NCBI GenBank assembly: GCA_947475205.1
Contig: CANJNG010000002.1
Coordinates: forward strand, 8,526 to 72,525
DNA length: 64,000 nucleotides
Direction of reading: 5' to 3'
From: Bacteroidota bacterium
GTDB lineage: Bacteria; Bacteroidota; Bacteroidia; JAIBAJ01
Shown piece by piece: positions 48,697 through 59,244 of the stretch. The notes beneath the pieces are model-generated. The model saw nothing but the letters and a program-made list of their open reading frames with translations. It searched no databases and was not told the origin of the DNA. How positions within the stretch are numbered: the first letter of the stretch is position 1; each line of letters starts with the position of its first letter. The position numbers and the translations under genes are program-made.

Positions 48697-49362
48697 CTAC
48701 TCCGGGAAACTAACCGGATGTGCTTCGTTGTATTTCCGCATAAAAATAAAGAGCATATCCTTCTTTTTGCGGTTGGGAATCTCAATGAATTCTGCCAACA
48801 GTTTCCTGTCTCGAAGTAGAATATTCTCCAACGTTTCTACCGTGAAATCCTGAATTTTTCCGGTTTCGTAATCAATGATGAGTTGCTTAAGTTCTGTGGT
48901 GGGTACACGCATCATACCGTTCTGTCCGTAACCGTAATACGGATTTCCCATGTTTGGGGTGGTTACATAAGTGGTAACAGTGGCCACAAAATGACTAATT
49001 CTTCCTATGATGGGTACACGGTTAAAGGTGTTCTGAACATTCACAAAAATATTGCCGTTGTGACTGTAGCCCCACACTTTATCCAAGGGTATTTTATAGG
49101 TCTGCTTATCTAAGCCTGTGTAGCTTACGGCATCTTCATCCAACACATCTTTCAAAAAACTTTCGGAGTTTTTATCGTATTTCGACACGATACTTTCAGT
49201 GGGGACGGGGTCGTTATCCCGAAAATCTTTAAAGGAAAGATAAAATCCTTCGCTAAACACAAATTCATCGGAATACTCCACCTGCTGCCGATAGTAAGCC
49301 GTGTCCTGAGCCGCAGCAATTTGCCCCAACAGTAGTATTCCCAAAAATAAAATTACCCGCAT
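48697..49362 (-). CDS. Secreted hypothetical protein
   Basis: Signal peptide MRVILFLGILLLGQIAAAQ. Start taken at the internal Met of the track ORF. Confidence 0.35.
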   Translation of the reverse strand: MRVILFLGILLLGQIAAAQDTAYYRQQVEYSDEFVFSEGFYLSFKDFRDNDPVPTESIVSKYDKNSESFLKDVLDEDAVSYTGLDKQTYKIPLDKVWGYSHNGNIFVNVQNTFNRVPIIGRISHFVATVTTYVTTPNMGNPYYGYGQNGMMRVPTTELKQLIIDYETGKIQDFTVETLENILLRDRKLLAEFIEIPNRKKKDMLFIFMRKYNEAHPVSFPE

Positions 49363-49454
49363 AGTGTGCCTGTTGGAGATGCAAATATATTGCAAGCCAT
49401 CGGGCAGGGTGGTTTATTCCGAAAAAAACTACTTTCGCTCCATCAATTTCAATT

Positions 49455-51221
49455 ATGAAAAAACTTTTTCTTCTTCCATTAATCCTATTTATGGCTTCCT
49501 GCGGCAATTCCAACACCGACCATTCGTTAGGCGTACCCACTCCAAATGATGCTTTTAACTTAATGAAAAGCAATTTCTTTGATGAGTTATGGAAACTTTA
49601 TCCCGCTTGGGCAAGTTCGCAGGGTTATCATTATAATGATAGTTTATTTGCGATTGCTGATGCTGATTTCAGGCAGCGAGAAGCCGAATTTGTAAAAAAC
49701 TGGCAACATAAACTGTGGCAGTTTAAACCCGAAGAGCTTTCGCCGGCCGACCGAACCGATTGGCTTATGCTCGACAATCAATTAAAGGCAACGCTATTTT
49801 ATGCTAATGAATACAAAGGCTATGAGTGGGATCCAAGTTCGTATAACGTAGGTAGCACTTTTGGCGAGATGATAAACGGCACTTACGCCCCGCTCAACGA
49901 AAGGATGAAATATATATTGCAACGCTTGGCTTTTGTTCCGGCCTATTACGAAAATGCTCGCAAACAAATCAAGAACCCTACCCTCGAGCACACCGACCTT
50001 GCTATAAGTCAGAACCGTGGTTCGGCGGGTTTATTTGGGAAAGATTTGCAGGATAGTGTGGCCAAAACCAACCTTTCATCTGCCGATAAAAAACTATTCA
50101 ACGAACGTATTGCAGCAGCAGCAGCAGCTATAAATGGATATGCTGATTGGTTAGAAAAAGAAGTGAAACCGGGCTTGACCAAAGACGGTGTTAAATCGTT
50201 CCGGTTAGGAAAGGATTTATTTGAAAAGAAGTTTGATTTCGAGATTCAAAGCCATTACACAGCCGCTGAAATTTACGACATTGCCATAAAGCATAAAAAG
50301 GAGCTGCACGGCGAAATGTATAAACTCACTACGCAACTTTGGCCTAAATATTTGGCGAAAGAAACGATGCCTAAGGATACGCTGTCGGCAATTCGGAAAA
50401 TGATTGATAAACTATCGGACAAACACAGCAAGCGGGAAGATTTTCAAAAGGATATAGAAGCTCAAATTCCGGCTTTGGCTAAGTTTGTAAAGGACAAAAA
50501 CCTGCTTTATCTCGACCCTTCTAAACCGCTTGAAGTGCGTAAAGAACCCGATTATATGGCCGGGGTTGCAGGGGCTTCGATTAGTGCACCCGGACCTTAT
50601 GATAAAGATGGCAAAACGTTTTACAATGTAGGTTCACTGGCGGCTTATACGCCCGAACGTGCTGAAAGCTATTTGCGGGAGTACAATCACTACATTCTGC
50701 AAATATTGAACATTCATGAGGCTATTCCCGGACATTACGCACAATTGGTTTACAGCAACCAAAGCCCCAGTTTAGTGAAAAGTATTTTGGGCAACGGGGC
50801 TATGGTGGAAGGCTGGGCCGTATATACCGAGCGGATGATGATTGAAAGTGGTTATGGTGCCAACGAACCCGAAATGTGGCTGATGTATTACAAATGGAAT
50901 TTGCGGGCAACCTGCAACACTATTTTGGATGTGGGGATTCATTGCAACAATCTGTCGGAAGCCGATGCCCTAGATTTAATGACACGTCAGGCATTTCAGC
51001 AGGAGGCTGAAGCCAAAGGCAAATGGCGACGTGCAACGCTTACTCAAGTGCAACTATGCAGTTACTTTACCGGCTACACCGAAATTTACGAATTCCGCAA
51101 TATTCTTAAACAAAAGCAAGGCGATAAGTTCGACCTGAAAGCCTTTCACGAGAAATTCCTGAGCTATGGCTCTGCTCCGGTTAAGTATGTTAGGGAATTG
51201 ATGGAAAAGGAAATGGAGTAA
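49455..51221 (+). CDS. Lipoprotein of the DUF885-like family (putative metallopeptidase-like, HEAIPGH motif)
   Basis: Lipobox LILFMASCGNS. 588 aa. The internal IHEAIPGHYAQL motif is typical of this family. Confidence 0.55.
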   Translation: MKKLFLLPLILFMASCGNSNTDHSLGVPTPNDAFNLMKSNFFDELWKLYPAWASSQGYHYNDSLFAIADADFRQREAEFVKNWQHKLWQFKPEELSPADRTDWLMLDNQLKATLFYANEYKGYEWDPSSYNVGSTFGEMINGTYAPLNERMKYILQRLAFVPAYYENARKQIKNPTLEHTDLAISQNRGSAGLFGKDLQDSVAKTNLSSADKKLFNERIAAAAAAINGYADWLEKEVKPGLTKDGVKSFRLGKDLFEKKFDFEIQSHYTAAEIYDIAIKHKKELHGEMYKLTTQLWPKYLAKETMPKDTLSAIRKMIDKLSDKHSKREDFQKDIEAQIPALAKFVKDKNLLYLDPSKPLEVRKEPDYMAGVAGASISAPGPYDKDGKTFYNVGSLAAYTPERAESYLREYNHYILQILNIHEAIPGHYAQLVYSNQSPSLVKSILGNGAMVEGWAVYTERMMIESGYGANEPEMWLMYYKWNLRATCNTILDVGIHCNNLSEADALDLMTRQAFQQEAEAKGKWRRATLTQVQLCSYFTGYTEIYEFRNILKQKQGDKFDLKAFHEKFLSYGSAPVKYVRELMEKEME

Positions 51222-51429
51222 GTGGAACTAAAGCTCAATTCTTGAGAAGGAGCGATAATTCTCATATACTCCTCTTTTTCGTTTTTAGCTTCATTGTAGC
51301 AAAGAGTTGAAGCCCAACGATAGTATCAGAGGGGCACTTGACTTTTGCAATGGCGATTATGATGTACTATGCATTAACCCCGTTTAATCAATATTTTTGG
51401 AACAATGGTGGTACTACTTTCCACCAACA

Positions 51430-51470
51430 AAAAAAAGCCTTAGAAGTATAAACTCCTAAGGCTTTTTAAA
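51430..51470. terminator. Bidirectional rho-independent terminator between convergent genes
   Basis: aaaaaaaagccttag...ctaaggctttttaaa: a perfect 10-bp stem with A-run and T-run on either side. Confidence 0.75.
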
Positions 51471-51488
51471 TATTTTGTAAACTTCTGA

Positions 51489-51725
51489 TTATCCGATGAA
51501 GCCTTTTTTATACGCTTCGTCAATTACTGCAGAAATACCTTTTTTGTGGATGGTACGAAGAACAGAAGTGCTTACTTTAATTGTAACCCAAGTGTTTTCT
51601 TCAGCGATGAAGAACCTTTTGAGTTTCAAATTTGGTTTGAAAAGTCTTTTCGTTTTAGCATTAGAGTGAGAAACCTTGTTTCCTGTTATTGCTTTTTTTC
51701 CGGTTAGTTCGCAGATTCTTGACAT
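51489..51725 (-). CDS. rpmB: 50S ribosomal protein L28
   Basis: MSRICELTGKKAITGNKVSHSNAKTKRLFKPNL (L28 N-terminal signature). Confidence 0.85.
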   Translation of the reverse strand: MSRICELTGKKAITGNKVSHSNAKTKRLFKPNLKLKRFFIAEENTWVTIKVSTSVLRTIHKKGISAVIDEAYKKGFIG

Positions 51726-51793
51726 AGCTTATGTGTTTTTCTAAAAGGGGGGCAAAGATAGAAGAATTTAATTCAGATTAACAAAAATATTTT

Positions 51794-53917
51794 TTATGCG
51801 TGAAACCCTTTGCCAGCCTTAGATTTCTCTGAAATAATAGCCGCCGGAGTGAAACGTTGACCGTGTTTAGAAGACAAATCTGTCATGATTTTTTCTACAT
51901 TAGCTAAACCCATAGTATCCATCATGCGGAAAGGTCCTCCGCTAAACGGAGGAAATCCTAAACCAAATACAGCTCCCATGTCGCCATCGCGAGCCGAAAG
52001 CAGAATACCTTCCTGCAAACACATAGCCGCTTCATTCATCATAATCATTCCCATCCGTTGCTGTATCTCGGTGCGGTCAAACTTTTTGCGGTTTTCGCCA
52101 CCAAAGTGCTTATACATTTCAGGGTTGATCTTTCCGTGCATCTTTTTGCCTTTTTCATCATAAAGATAAAAACCTTTCTTGTTTTTACGGCCTTTGAATC
52201 CGGCATCATATAACCTTACCATAGCATCCGAAATCTTAACTCCGGGGCGGGTTTTGATAAAGTCCTGACTCATTTTACCTTTATATATATGTGCTCCTAC
52301 ATCTATCCCAACCTCATCCATTAAGGTGATGGGGCCAACTGGAAAGCCATAATCTTTCATTACTTCGTCTAATTGCAAGGCATCGGCACCTTCTTCAAGC
52401 ATCAGCAAAGCCTCGTTCATAAACGGACTTAGAATTCGGGTGGTGTAAAATCCGGGGCCGTCTTTTACCACAATGCAGGTTTTGCCTTGCTTGATACCCA
52501 AATCAAGGCAGGTGGCAGTAACCCAATCGGCGGTTTTATCGGTTATGATAATTTCCAGCAGTGGCATTTTAGGAACGGGAGAAAAATAGTGCATTCCAAT
52601 CACATTTTCGGGACGGCTACTGGCTTCTGCAATAGCTGTAATAGGCAAAGCCGATGTGTTGCTGGCGAAAATGGTATCGGGACGAATGAATTTTTCGGTT
52701 TCCTGAATCACTTTCTTTTTCAATTCCATATCTTCCAATACGGCTTCAATAATTACGTCCACTTTGTCGAAGTTATCGTATGTGGTTGTGCCAATTATGC
52801 GGTTAAGCAAATCTTCGGCTTCGGTTTGTTTAATGGCTTTGCGTTTTACTTTTTTGTAATAATTATCCCAAACGCCTTTTTTTCCTTTGGCTACCGCTTC
52901 GTCATTCAAATCTTTAAGCAGAACGGTAATGCCTTTTGCCGCTGAAACTTCGGCAATTCCAGCACCCATAAATCCGGCACCAAGCATTCCCAAGGTGTTT
53001 ACCTTCCTTACTTTGTCTTTCCAGGGATTCTTCTTCATTTCAGTCATCGCAAAGAAGATATTAATCAACTGGCGGCTGGCGTTAGTTAGAATGAGTTCTT
53101 CAAACTTTACGGCTTCGGCATCAAATCCTTTTTTAATGCCTTGATTCATCCCAATTTCTACACATTCTAAAATGCGTTCGGCAGCGGGATAATTGCCGCG
53201 GGTTTGGCGAAGCAACATTTCTTTAGCTTTCTTAAAAAGTATGCCCCTCCCAATTGAATTTCCTTCCAAGGCCAATTCTAGCATTGGTTTTTTGCGATTA
53301 CGTTGAAATTTTCCACTCAAAATATCTCTAGCCAGAAACTTGGCCGCATCAATTAGTTGAGCCTTATTGGTAATGCGGTCGGCTAATCCCATTTTAAGTG
53401 CAGGACGACCATATACATTCTTTCCGGTAAGCATAATATCCAATGCTTTCTGGATGCCAATAAGGCGGGGAAGCCTTTGCGTGCCACCGCCACCTGGCAG
53501 CAAACCAAGTTTTACTTCGGGAAGTGCTAATACTGTTCCTTCATCGGCCACTACTCTGCCGTGGCAAGCCAAGGCAATTTCCAATCCTGCTCCCATACAA
53601 GAGCCGTGAATGGCTGCAATAATTGGCTTTTTAGATTGTTCGAGTTTGTTTAAACTATCGTGTCCGCGACGGGTAACGGGTTCAAAGTCGCCTTTCTTGG
53701 TTACTTTCTGAAACATCTCAATATCGGCACCGGCAATGAAATCTTTTTTCTTGCTGGCCAAAATGATTGCTTTTATGCTGCTATCGGCATCTATTTCTTT
53801 GAAAATAGTATCGAAGGCGTGAATAAGTTCAGGTGAAACTTTGTTCACCTTCTCGCCTTCCTGATCAAGCCAAACGATGGCAAATTCGTCCTGTTTTTCT
53901 ATTGTAGCGTAGTTCAT
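51794..53917 (-). CDS. Fused 3-hydroxyacyl-CoA dehydrogenase / enoyl-CoA hydratase (fatty-acid oxidation complex alpha-subunit-like)
   Basis: N-terminal crotonase fold (AIHGSCMGAGLEIALACHGRV) and a central NAD-binding LGMLGAGFMGAGIAEV Rossmann motif. Start taken at MNYATIEK (53915-53917). Confidence 0.85.
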   Translation of the reverse strand: MNYATIEKQDEFAIVWLDQEGEKVNKVSPELIHAFDTIFKEIDADSSIKAIILASKKKDFIAGADIEMFQKVTKKGDFEPVTRRGHDSLNKLEQSKKPIIAAIHGSCMGAGLEIALACHGRVVADEGTVLALPEVKLGLLPGGGGTQRLPRLIGIQKALDIMLTGKNVYGRPALKMGLADRITNKAQLIDAAKFLARDILSGKFQRNRKKPMLELALEGNSIGRGILFKKAKEMLLRQTRGNYPAAERILECVEIGMNQGIKKGFDAEAVKFEELILTNASRQLINIFFAMTEMKKNPWKDKVRKVNTLGMLGAGFMGAGIAEVSAAKGITVLLKDLNDEAVAKGKKGVWDNYYKKVKRKAIKQTEAEDLLNRIIGTTTYDNFDKVDVIIEAVLEDMELKKKVIQETEKFIRPDTIFASNTSALPITAIAEASSRPENVIGMHYFSPVPKMPLLEIIITDKTADWVTATCLDLGIKQGKTCIVVKDGPGFYTTRILSPFMNEALLMLEEGADALQLDEVMKDYGFPVGPITLMDEVGIDVGAHIYKGKMSQDFIKTRPGVKISDAMVRLYDAGFKGRKNKKGFYLYDEKGKKMHGKINPEMYKHFGGENRKKFDRTEIQQRMGMIMMNEAAMCLQEGILLSARDGDMGAVFGLGFPPFSGGPFRMMDTMGLANVEKIMTDLSSKHGQRFTPAAIISEKSKAGKGFHA

Positions 53918-54001
53918 TTGTGTAGTAAAGAGTATTGGGTAGGGAGTATGAATACCGCACAAAGGAAAGGGTTTTTGAGATTTGTTTTTGAAAAAATTTC
54001 A

Positions 54002-54074
54002 CCACAGAGGCACGGAGGCCACAGAGAAACACATAGAGCTTCTGTGAACCTCTATGCTCTCTGTGCCTCCGTGG
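54002..54074. repeat. Long imperfect palindrome rich in CACAGAG/CACGGAGGC units
   Basis: ccacagaggcacggaggccacagagaaacacatagag ... ctctatgctctctgtgcctccgtgg. Confidence 0.7.
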
Positions 54075-54097
54075 TAAATACTCTGCAAATTTTTGGT

Positions 54098-54613
54098 TTA
54101 CTTTTCTCCCCCTGCAGCAGTAGCCTCTAACTGAAAGGCTCGTATAATCATGGCTATATCCTGTTTTAGTGCAAGGTTTTCGGCTTTTAGTTTTAAAATG
54201 TCTTCTTGTATATCGGCGTTTTCGCTGTTTACACGTATCACCATTTTAAATAGTGCCTGTGTGCCTGAAATCGTCAAGGCGGTTAGTGCTTCATTGTCCA
54301 CCATAAGGTTGCCGTTTTCGTTCTTAACAGCTTGCGGAAATACCAAAGCAATTTTTTCAACCAAAATCCGCTTTTGAAGTTCATCGGTTTGTGGGTTCTT
54401 CGCATTTAATTTGCATTCTGATACTTCGATTCCCATCAACCGTTGAATATCGGTGTTCTTGTTGCTAACGCCTACAACAGTTTCGAGGGGTAAAGCATTT
54501 TGGGCAGATGCTGCATTACATACAATTATTAAAAGCAAGTTTGCCATGATTAAGATGGTAAGGTTCAACAAATGAAACTTCATTTGAGGTTCGGCTGTTG
54601 GGTTGTTTTTCAT
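54098..54613 (-). CDS. Secreted hypothetical protein with C-terminal coiled-coil-like segment
   Basis: Signal peptide (LTILIMANLLLIIVCNAASAQ). Confidence 0.3.
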   Translation of the reverse strand: MKNNPTAEPQMKFHLLNLTILIMANLLLIIVCNAASAQNALPLETVVGVSNKNTDIQRLMGIEVSECKLNAKNPQTDELQKRILVEKIALVFPQAVKNENGNLMVDNEALTALTISGTQALFKMVIRVNSENADIQEDILKLKAENLALKQDIAMIIRAFQLEATAAGGEK

Positions 54614-54872
54614 TTTGTTTGTTTTTTAAACGGGTTAATTAAATTCCACCAATTTGTTGGTTTGTCGGTAAGAGAGAGGGCAAACAATTAAAGTTTAATC
54701 AACCTTCTAAAAATAGCGGGTTACAAAAGGGTTACAAGGCCGAAAGGCTTGTAAATAGAGGAGATTGCAAGGAAAGAAATTAATCTCTAAACCAAAATAA
54801 GGATTTTAGAAGCCAACCTTTATAGGTTTTTTGTTTAGAAGCGACTGTTAATCCCCAAATACAAAATAAGCA

Positions 54873-55793
54873 TTACGGCTTATGCTTAACTATCAACTTT
54901 TTTAGCTCTCTTGGGCTTAAATCGAAGGGCAAATAGTTCACTATGGTTTTCTTCCACTTGGTTTCGTCTGGCTTAGAAATGAAATCGTAGCCATAGTAGA
55001 AATTTTCGTCCACTTCATACTTTTCAATTTTGTTGGGTTCAATTTCCTTGTTTTTGAAATAGTAAACCAATTGGTAATTTTTTCGGAGGACGGTAATTGT
55101 AATGGCGTGGCGGATTTTGTCGGAAAGATTTGGAGCCGAAGAGTGAATCATAGCCGGGTCGAAAACCATTACATCGCCAGCTTTTACCAGCACAGGGTAC
55201 ATATACTTTTCTAAAATCTCAAGGTGTTTTTTGAAATTCCACGGCACACCAAGCGAACGTTGGATATTTCCCCAGAGGTGGCTACCTGGCAATACCCAAA
55301 TGGGGCCATTTTCTAAGGTAACATCGCAAAATGGAATCCAAACAAAAAGGCAATAATCTTTTTCCTCGTCAATAACGGTGCTGTCTTGATGAATTGCTAA
55401 GTCGCTTTGATTGGAGCAGGGTTTTACCTGATATGCCCCGCCTGTGTGGGGATCAACCTTAGCCATATCAAACATTCGGGGAAGAATATCTTTAGCATTC
55501 AGGTTAATTACGTTTTGAGTTTTTTTTCTGATTTCGGGATTGAATAGCCGCCCGCTGTTTAATAAGTTTTTATCTAACTCAAAGCCTTCAAGTAAAGATA
55601 TTTCATTAAACGTATCTAAAAAAGACTGTATTTCCTCGGGTTTTACTACATTTTCTATGGTGCAATAGCCATGAGTGAGGAAGTGCTTATGCTTTTCGTC
55701 ATCCAAAAAAAAAGACTCTCTCCGTATTTCCAAATGTGGGTTTACTTCATCCGGTTTTTTGAAAAAGGTATCGAATAGTTTAAGGAAAGACAT
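54873..55793 (-). CDS. Phytanoyl-CoA dioxygenase (PhyH) family Fe(II)/2-oxoglutarate-dependent oxygenase
   Basis: AIHQDS (H-x-D) plus distal His (MIHSSAPN) in a PhyH-like arrangement. Confidence 0.6.
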   Translation of the reverse strand: MSFLKLFDTFFKKPDEVNPHLEIRRESFFLDDEKHKHFLTHGYCTIENVVKPEEIQSFLDTFNEISLLEGFELDKNLLNSGRLFNPEIRKKTQNVINLNAKDILPRMFDMAKVDPHTGGAYQVKPCSNQSDLAIHQDSTVIDEEKDYCLFVWIPFCDVTLENGPIWVLPGSHLWGNIQRSLGVPWNFKKHLEILEKYMYPVLVKAGDVMVFDPAMIHSSAPNLSDKIRHAITITVLRKNYQLVYYFKNKEIEPNKIEKYEVDENFYYGYDFISKPDETKWKKTIVNYLPFDLSPRELKKLIVKHKP

Positions 55794-55845
55794 TAGTAGG
55801 AGTTAAGTGGAACTTTTATGAAGTCAAAAGTAAAGTATCTAAGCT

Positions 55846-56859
55846 TTAATGCTCCTTGTAAAACTCAATCATCTTCCTAATATCACTGTTAAACCGGGTT
55901 TTAAATTCCACTTCAAACTTATCCTGCAACTTACCATATCGGTTATAGCCCATCAAATAATCATTTCCTTCAAAATACAGGTACTTAGCACTGCGGATAT
56001 ATTTCGATTTTATCTTGGGGGGTAATGTCATAAAGAAAATGCCCTGATAAGTCTTTTTGATTGTTTCGGTTTTGAACTTTTTTAGTTTCAGCGTATCGCC
56101 GCTATATTCCTTATAGCCTTTTTCCAATTTATCCTTTGCTTTCAGAAAGTAAGAATTCATTCGGAGTTCGGCAGTCATTTCGTTTTCAAATTCAGCTAAA
56201 TCATTGGGTAAATTCTTTTTCAGGAAATAGAACTTAGCCCCTTCTCTTCCCACAAAATCAGCAAGATTCTCGCTAAAGTTTACATCCGATCCTAAGTAAA
56301 CCGTGCCGTGAAGCATTTCGTGAATTATAAGAGCCCCCAATTGGCCGTCGGGTTTATTAAGCATAGAGGACAGAACAGGGTCTTTCAGCCAGCCCAACGT
56401 ACTCCAGCCCGACACTTTCCCTAAGCCCACATCGAGACCTTTAGCTTTTAGCTTAATGCCTTCTTCTTTTGCATCAGCATATTCAAAGAAGCCTTTATAG
56501 CTTAAATCGCCCAAAAACGGAAAGTGCCAGGTCTTTTCTTTGAATGAATAAGGTTCGCATGCAGTTAAAACGGTCAGGAGCGGTTTGCCCTTTTGGTCGA
56601 AATAATTATCGTAGTTGCCATTATCTTTTAGGCCAAGTTCGGCCACAGCAAAGGCTTTTACATCTTTAATTAGTAACAGCTTTCGCCGCTGTTCGTGCGT
56701 AAGGCTTTTATTCTCGACCAATACTTTTTCAATCTTTTTGGCATTAAAGATGATATTTAATTGACCCTGTGCTAACGAAAGTCCATACCTGATTTCAGAT
56801 ATAAAGCAAACAACAAGCCCAACCAGTACCAACGAAAGTATAACCCAGAATTTTTTCAT
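55846..56859 (-). CDS. Putative zinc aminopeptidase (HExxH; resembles the predicted-aminopeptidase DUF2265-type family), membrane-anchored
   Basis: N-terminal TM anchor and the ALIIHEMLHG motif. Start taken at MKKFWVIL. Confidence 0.45.
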   Translation of the reverse strand: MKKFWVILSLVLVGLVVCFISEIRYGLSLAQGQLNIIFNAKKIEKVLVENKSLTHEQRRKLLLIKDVKAFAVAELGLKDNGNYDNYFDQKGKPLLTVLTACEPYSFKEKTWHFPFLGDLSYKGFFEYADAKEEGIKLKAKGLDVGLGKVSGWSTLGWLKDPVLSSMLNKPDGQLGALIIHEMLHGTVYLGSDVNFSENLADFVGREGAKFYFLKKNLPNDLAEFENEMTAELRMNSYFLKAKDKLEKGYKEYSGDTLKLKKFKTETIKKTYQGIFFMTLPPKIKSKYIRSAKYLYFEGNDYLMGYNRYGKLQDKFEVEFKTRFNSDIRKMIEFYKEH

Positions 56860-57020
56860 AGGAAAGCAAAGATAGAGTTTGAAGCAGCTTCTCAAAACTG
56901 AATTTATATGAGCTAAAAATTGCATAAATCTGTCGCTGAGTACACAAATATTTCAAGTGGATGCCTGAAAATCTCTAATGGGGTACATTTTTTTTCATTT
57001 AAATTCAATTGGTTAAACAA

Positions 57021-57060
57021 AAACTAAGGAAACTTTTAAAACATTGTTAGTTTCCTTAGT
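57021..57060. promoter_or_regulatory. Perfect 12-bp inverted repeat (AACTAAGGAAAC-N16-GTTTCCTTAGTG), candidate TetR operator
   Basis: Located 30 bp upstream of the TetR-family gene start, in the promoter region of the efflux operon. Confidence 0.5.
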
Positions 57061-57090
57061 GTTTTGTATACTTAATTTGCACCCTGAATT

Positions 57091-57705
57091 ATGGAAATAA
57101 AATTATCACAAATTCTTGATAAGGCGGAGAAACTCTTTATGCAAAAGGGAATTCGTAACATCACGATGGATGACATCTCAAGAGAACTAGGGATGTCCAA
57201 AAAAACGCTTTACCTATATATAGAAGATAAAAGCGATTTGCTGATGAAGATTATGGAAAACATAATCAAGCAGGACACCGATTACTTTAATCGCATAGAC
57301 CGGGAGAACGAAAACCCGATTGATGAATTGTTTGAAACAAGCAAGTATATCAGCGAACGTCTCAAACAGGTTCACCCATCAATTCATTATGAAATAATGC
57401 GGTATTATCCTGAAGTGTGGAAGGTTTACAACGACCATAAAGTAGATTTCGCTCAAAAGTCGGTAAAGGCAAATCTTATAAAAGGTATCAAATCGGGCTA
57501 CTACCGTCAAAACATTAACCCGGACATATTAGCCCGTATTTACATTTCTCGAATGGATTTATGTTTCGACGGCGAAGTGTTCCCCGGCAATGAATTCAAC
57601 TTTGTGGAGGTGTATAACGAAATGCTATACTACCACATCCGTGGGGTAGCCAGCCTAAAGGGAAACCAGTATTTGGTAACCAAAATTGAAACAATCAACA
57701 AATAA
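57091..57705 (+). CDS. TetR/AcrR-family transcriptional regulator
   Basis: N-terminal HTH IRNITMDDISRELGMSKKTLYLYIEDK, the typical TetR signature. Confidence 0.8.
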   Translation: MEIKLSQILDKAEKLFMQKGIRNITMDDISRELGMSKKTLYLYIEDKSDLLMKIMENIIKQDTDYFNRIDRENENPIDELFETSKYISERLKQVHPSIHYEIMRYYPEVWKVYNDHKVDFAQKSVKANLIKGIKSGYYRQNINPDILARIYISRMDLCFDGEVFPGNEFNFVEVYNEMLYYHIRGVASLKGNQYLVTKIETINK

Positions 57706-57821
57706 ATGCAATGGAAACGCCAATGACGCAAATGGAATGAATTTACACAAATTCAAAATTTGCGACCATTTGCTCAATTAGCCCAATTAGCGTTGCAATC
57801 AAAATTAAACACAAAACATAA

Positions 57822-59159
57822 ATGAAGAAACACCTAACCCTGCTTATGCTCTTTCTGGGATTTTCGGGAGCGTTTGCACAAGATAAACCTATAGCAAAAT
57901 CTGCGTTTAGTCTTAAAGAAGCCCAAGCCTTCGCCGCTGAAAATGCTTACAGCGTTAAAGAAGTTAAGTACAACATAAGCCAAGCGGAGCAACAAGTAAG
58001 GGAATATACTTCCATTGGGTTGCCGCAGGTTAACTTGCAAGGCACATTCAATCAGTTTGTGGTAATACCAACTACGGTAATACCTGCGGGCTCGTTATTC
58101 CCAGGTAGCCCTCCAACCGAAGCCAAATTCGGGACCCGTTACAATACCCAAGTAGGGGCAAGTGGTTCGCAAATGCTGTTTGATGGAAGTTTTTTTGTAG
58201 GGATTCAAGCGGCTAAGGCATTGGTGGAACTAACCAAAGAAGGACAACGTAAATCGGAAATTGATGTAAAGGATAATGTAACTCAAGCCTATTTCACGGT
58301 GCTAATAGTTCAGGAAACCAAAAAACTGTTGGAACAAAGTTTGGTTAATCTTCAAAAAACACAAACAGAAACTCAAGCTTTCTATAAAAGTGGATTTGCT
58401 GAAGAAAACGATGTAGATCAATTTGACATATTGGTTGGAAACCTCAATAATCAATTGAGTAAAATAAATGCCAACATTGAAAATGCCAAAGGGCTTCTAA
58501 AATTCCAAATGGGAATGAGTGTGAAAGACCCAATTGAACTAACCGACAATCTTGAAGTAGTCGGCGAATTGGCGAATAATCCAGCATTGCTAAATCCTAC
58601 TTTAGACCCCACAACGAATATTGACCATAGACTCTTGACACAAAGTATGAATTTGCAAAACTTGAATGCAAAGAGAATTAAAATGGGGTACTTGCCTAAT
58701 GCACGCCTTGTTGGAAATATCTCTACATCGGCAATGCGTAACGAATTTGACATGCCTGGTGGCCGTTGGTTTCCAACAATTTTATGGGGTGTAAATATTG
58801 GTGTTCCTGTATTCGATGGCTTTATGAAAGATGCCGGAATAAAGAAAGCAAAATTGGATGGAGTGAAAACCCGAAACACGCTCGACCAATTAGAACAAGG
58901 TTTAGCACTACAATTAGAAACAGCTAAAACCGACTTTATCTCTGCTTCTAACCAACTTAAAAACGAAGAACGCAGTCTTGCATTGGCAAAGAAAGTCCGT
59001 GATAAAGCATTGATTAAATATAAAGAAGGTGTGGGTAGCAGTATGGAAATCACCCAAGCCGAAAACCAATTAGTGGCTACCCAAGGTAATTACTTCCAAG
59101 CCCTGATGAGTAAACTAACTGCTAAAGCAAAACTCGATAAATTGATGGGGACATATTAA
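57822..59159 (+). CDS. TolC-family outer membrane efflux protein
   Basis: Signal peptide and two-fold repeat architecture of about 445 aa with coiled-coil segments, typical of efflux OMP partners. Confidence 0.8.
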   Translation: MKKHLTLLMLFLGFSGAFAQDKPIAKSAFSLKEAQAFAAENAYSVKEVKYNISQAEQQVREYTSIGLPQVNLQGTFNQFVVIPTTVIPAGSLFPGSPPTEAKFGTRYNTQVGASGSQMLFDGSFFVGIQAAKALVELTKEGQRKSEIDVKDNVTQAYFTVLIVQETKKLLEQSLVNLQKTQTETQAFYKSGFAEENDVDQFDILVGNLNNQLSKINANIENAKGLLKFQMGMSVKDPIELTDNLEVVGELANNPALLNPTLDPTTNIDHRLLTQSMNLQNLNAKRIKMGYLPNARLVGNISTSAMRNEFDMPGGRWFPTILWGVNIGVPVFDGFMKDAGIKKAKLDGVKTRNTLDQLEQGLALQLETAKTDFISASNQLKNEERSLALAKKVRDKALIKYKEGVGSSMEITQAENQLVATQGNYFQALMSKLTAKAKLDKLMGTY

Positions 59160-59244
59160 TTGATAATAGATAATTGAAAATTGAAAATGGCTACCGCACA
59201 ACTTTAAACTTTAAATAAAAACTAACAAATCTCAACTATAATAT

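Noticed and set aside
53918-53962. N-terminal extension MCGIHTPYPILFTTQ (TTG start) of the fadB-like ORF
   Set aside because: The Met at 53915-53917 followed by MNYATIEK matches the usual start of this enzyme family. The extension begins with a non-ATG codon inside the palindromic region.
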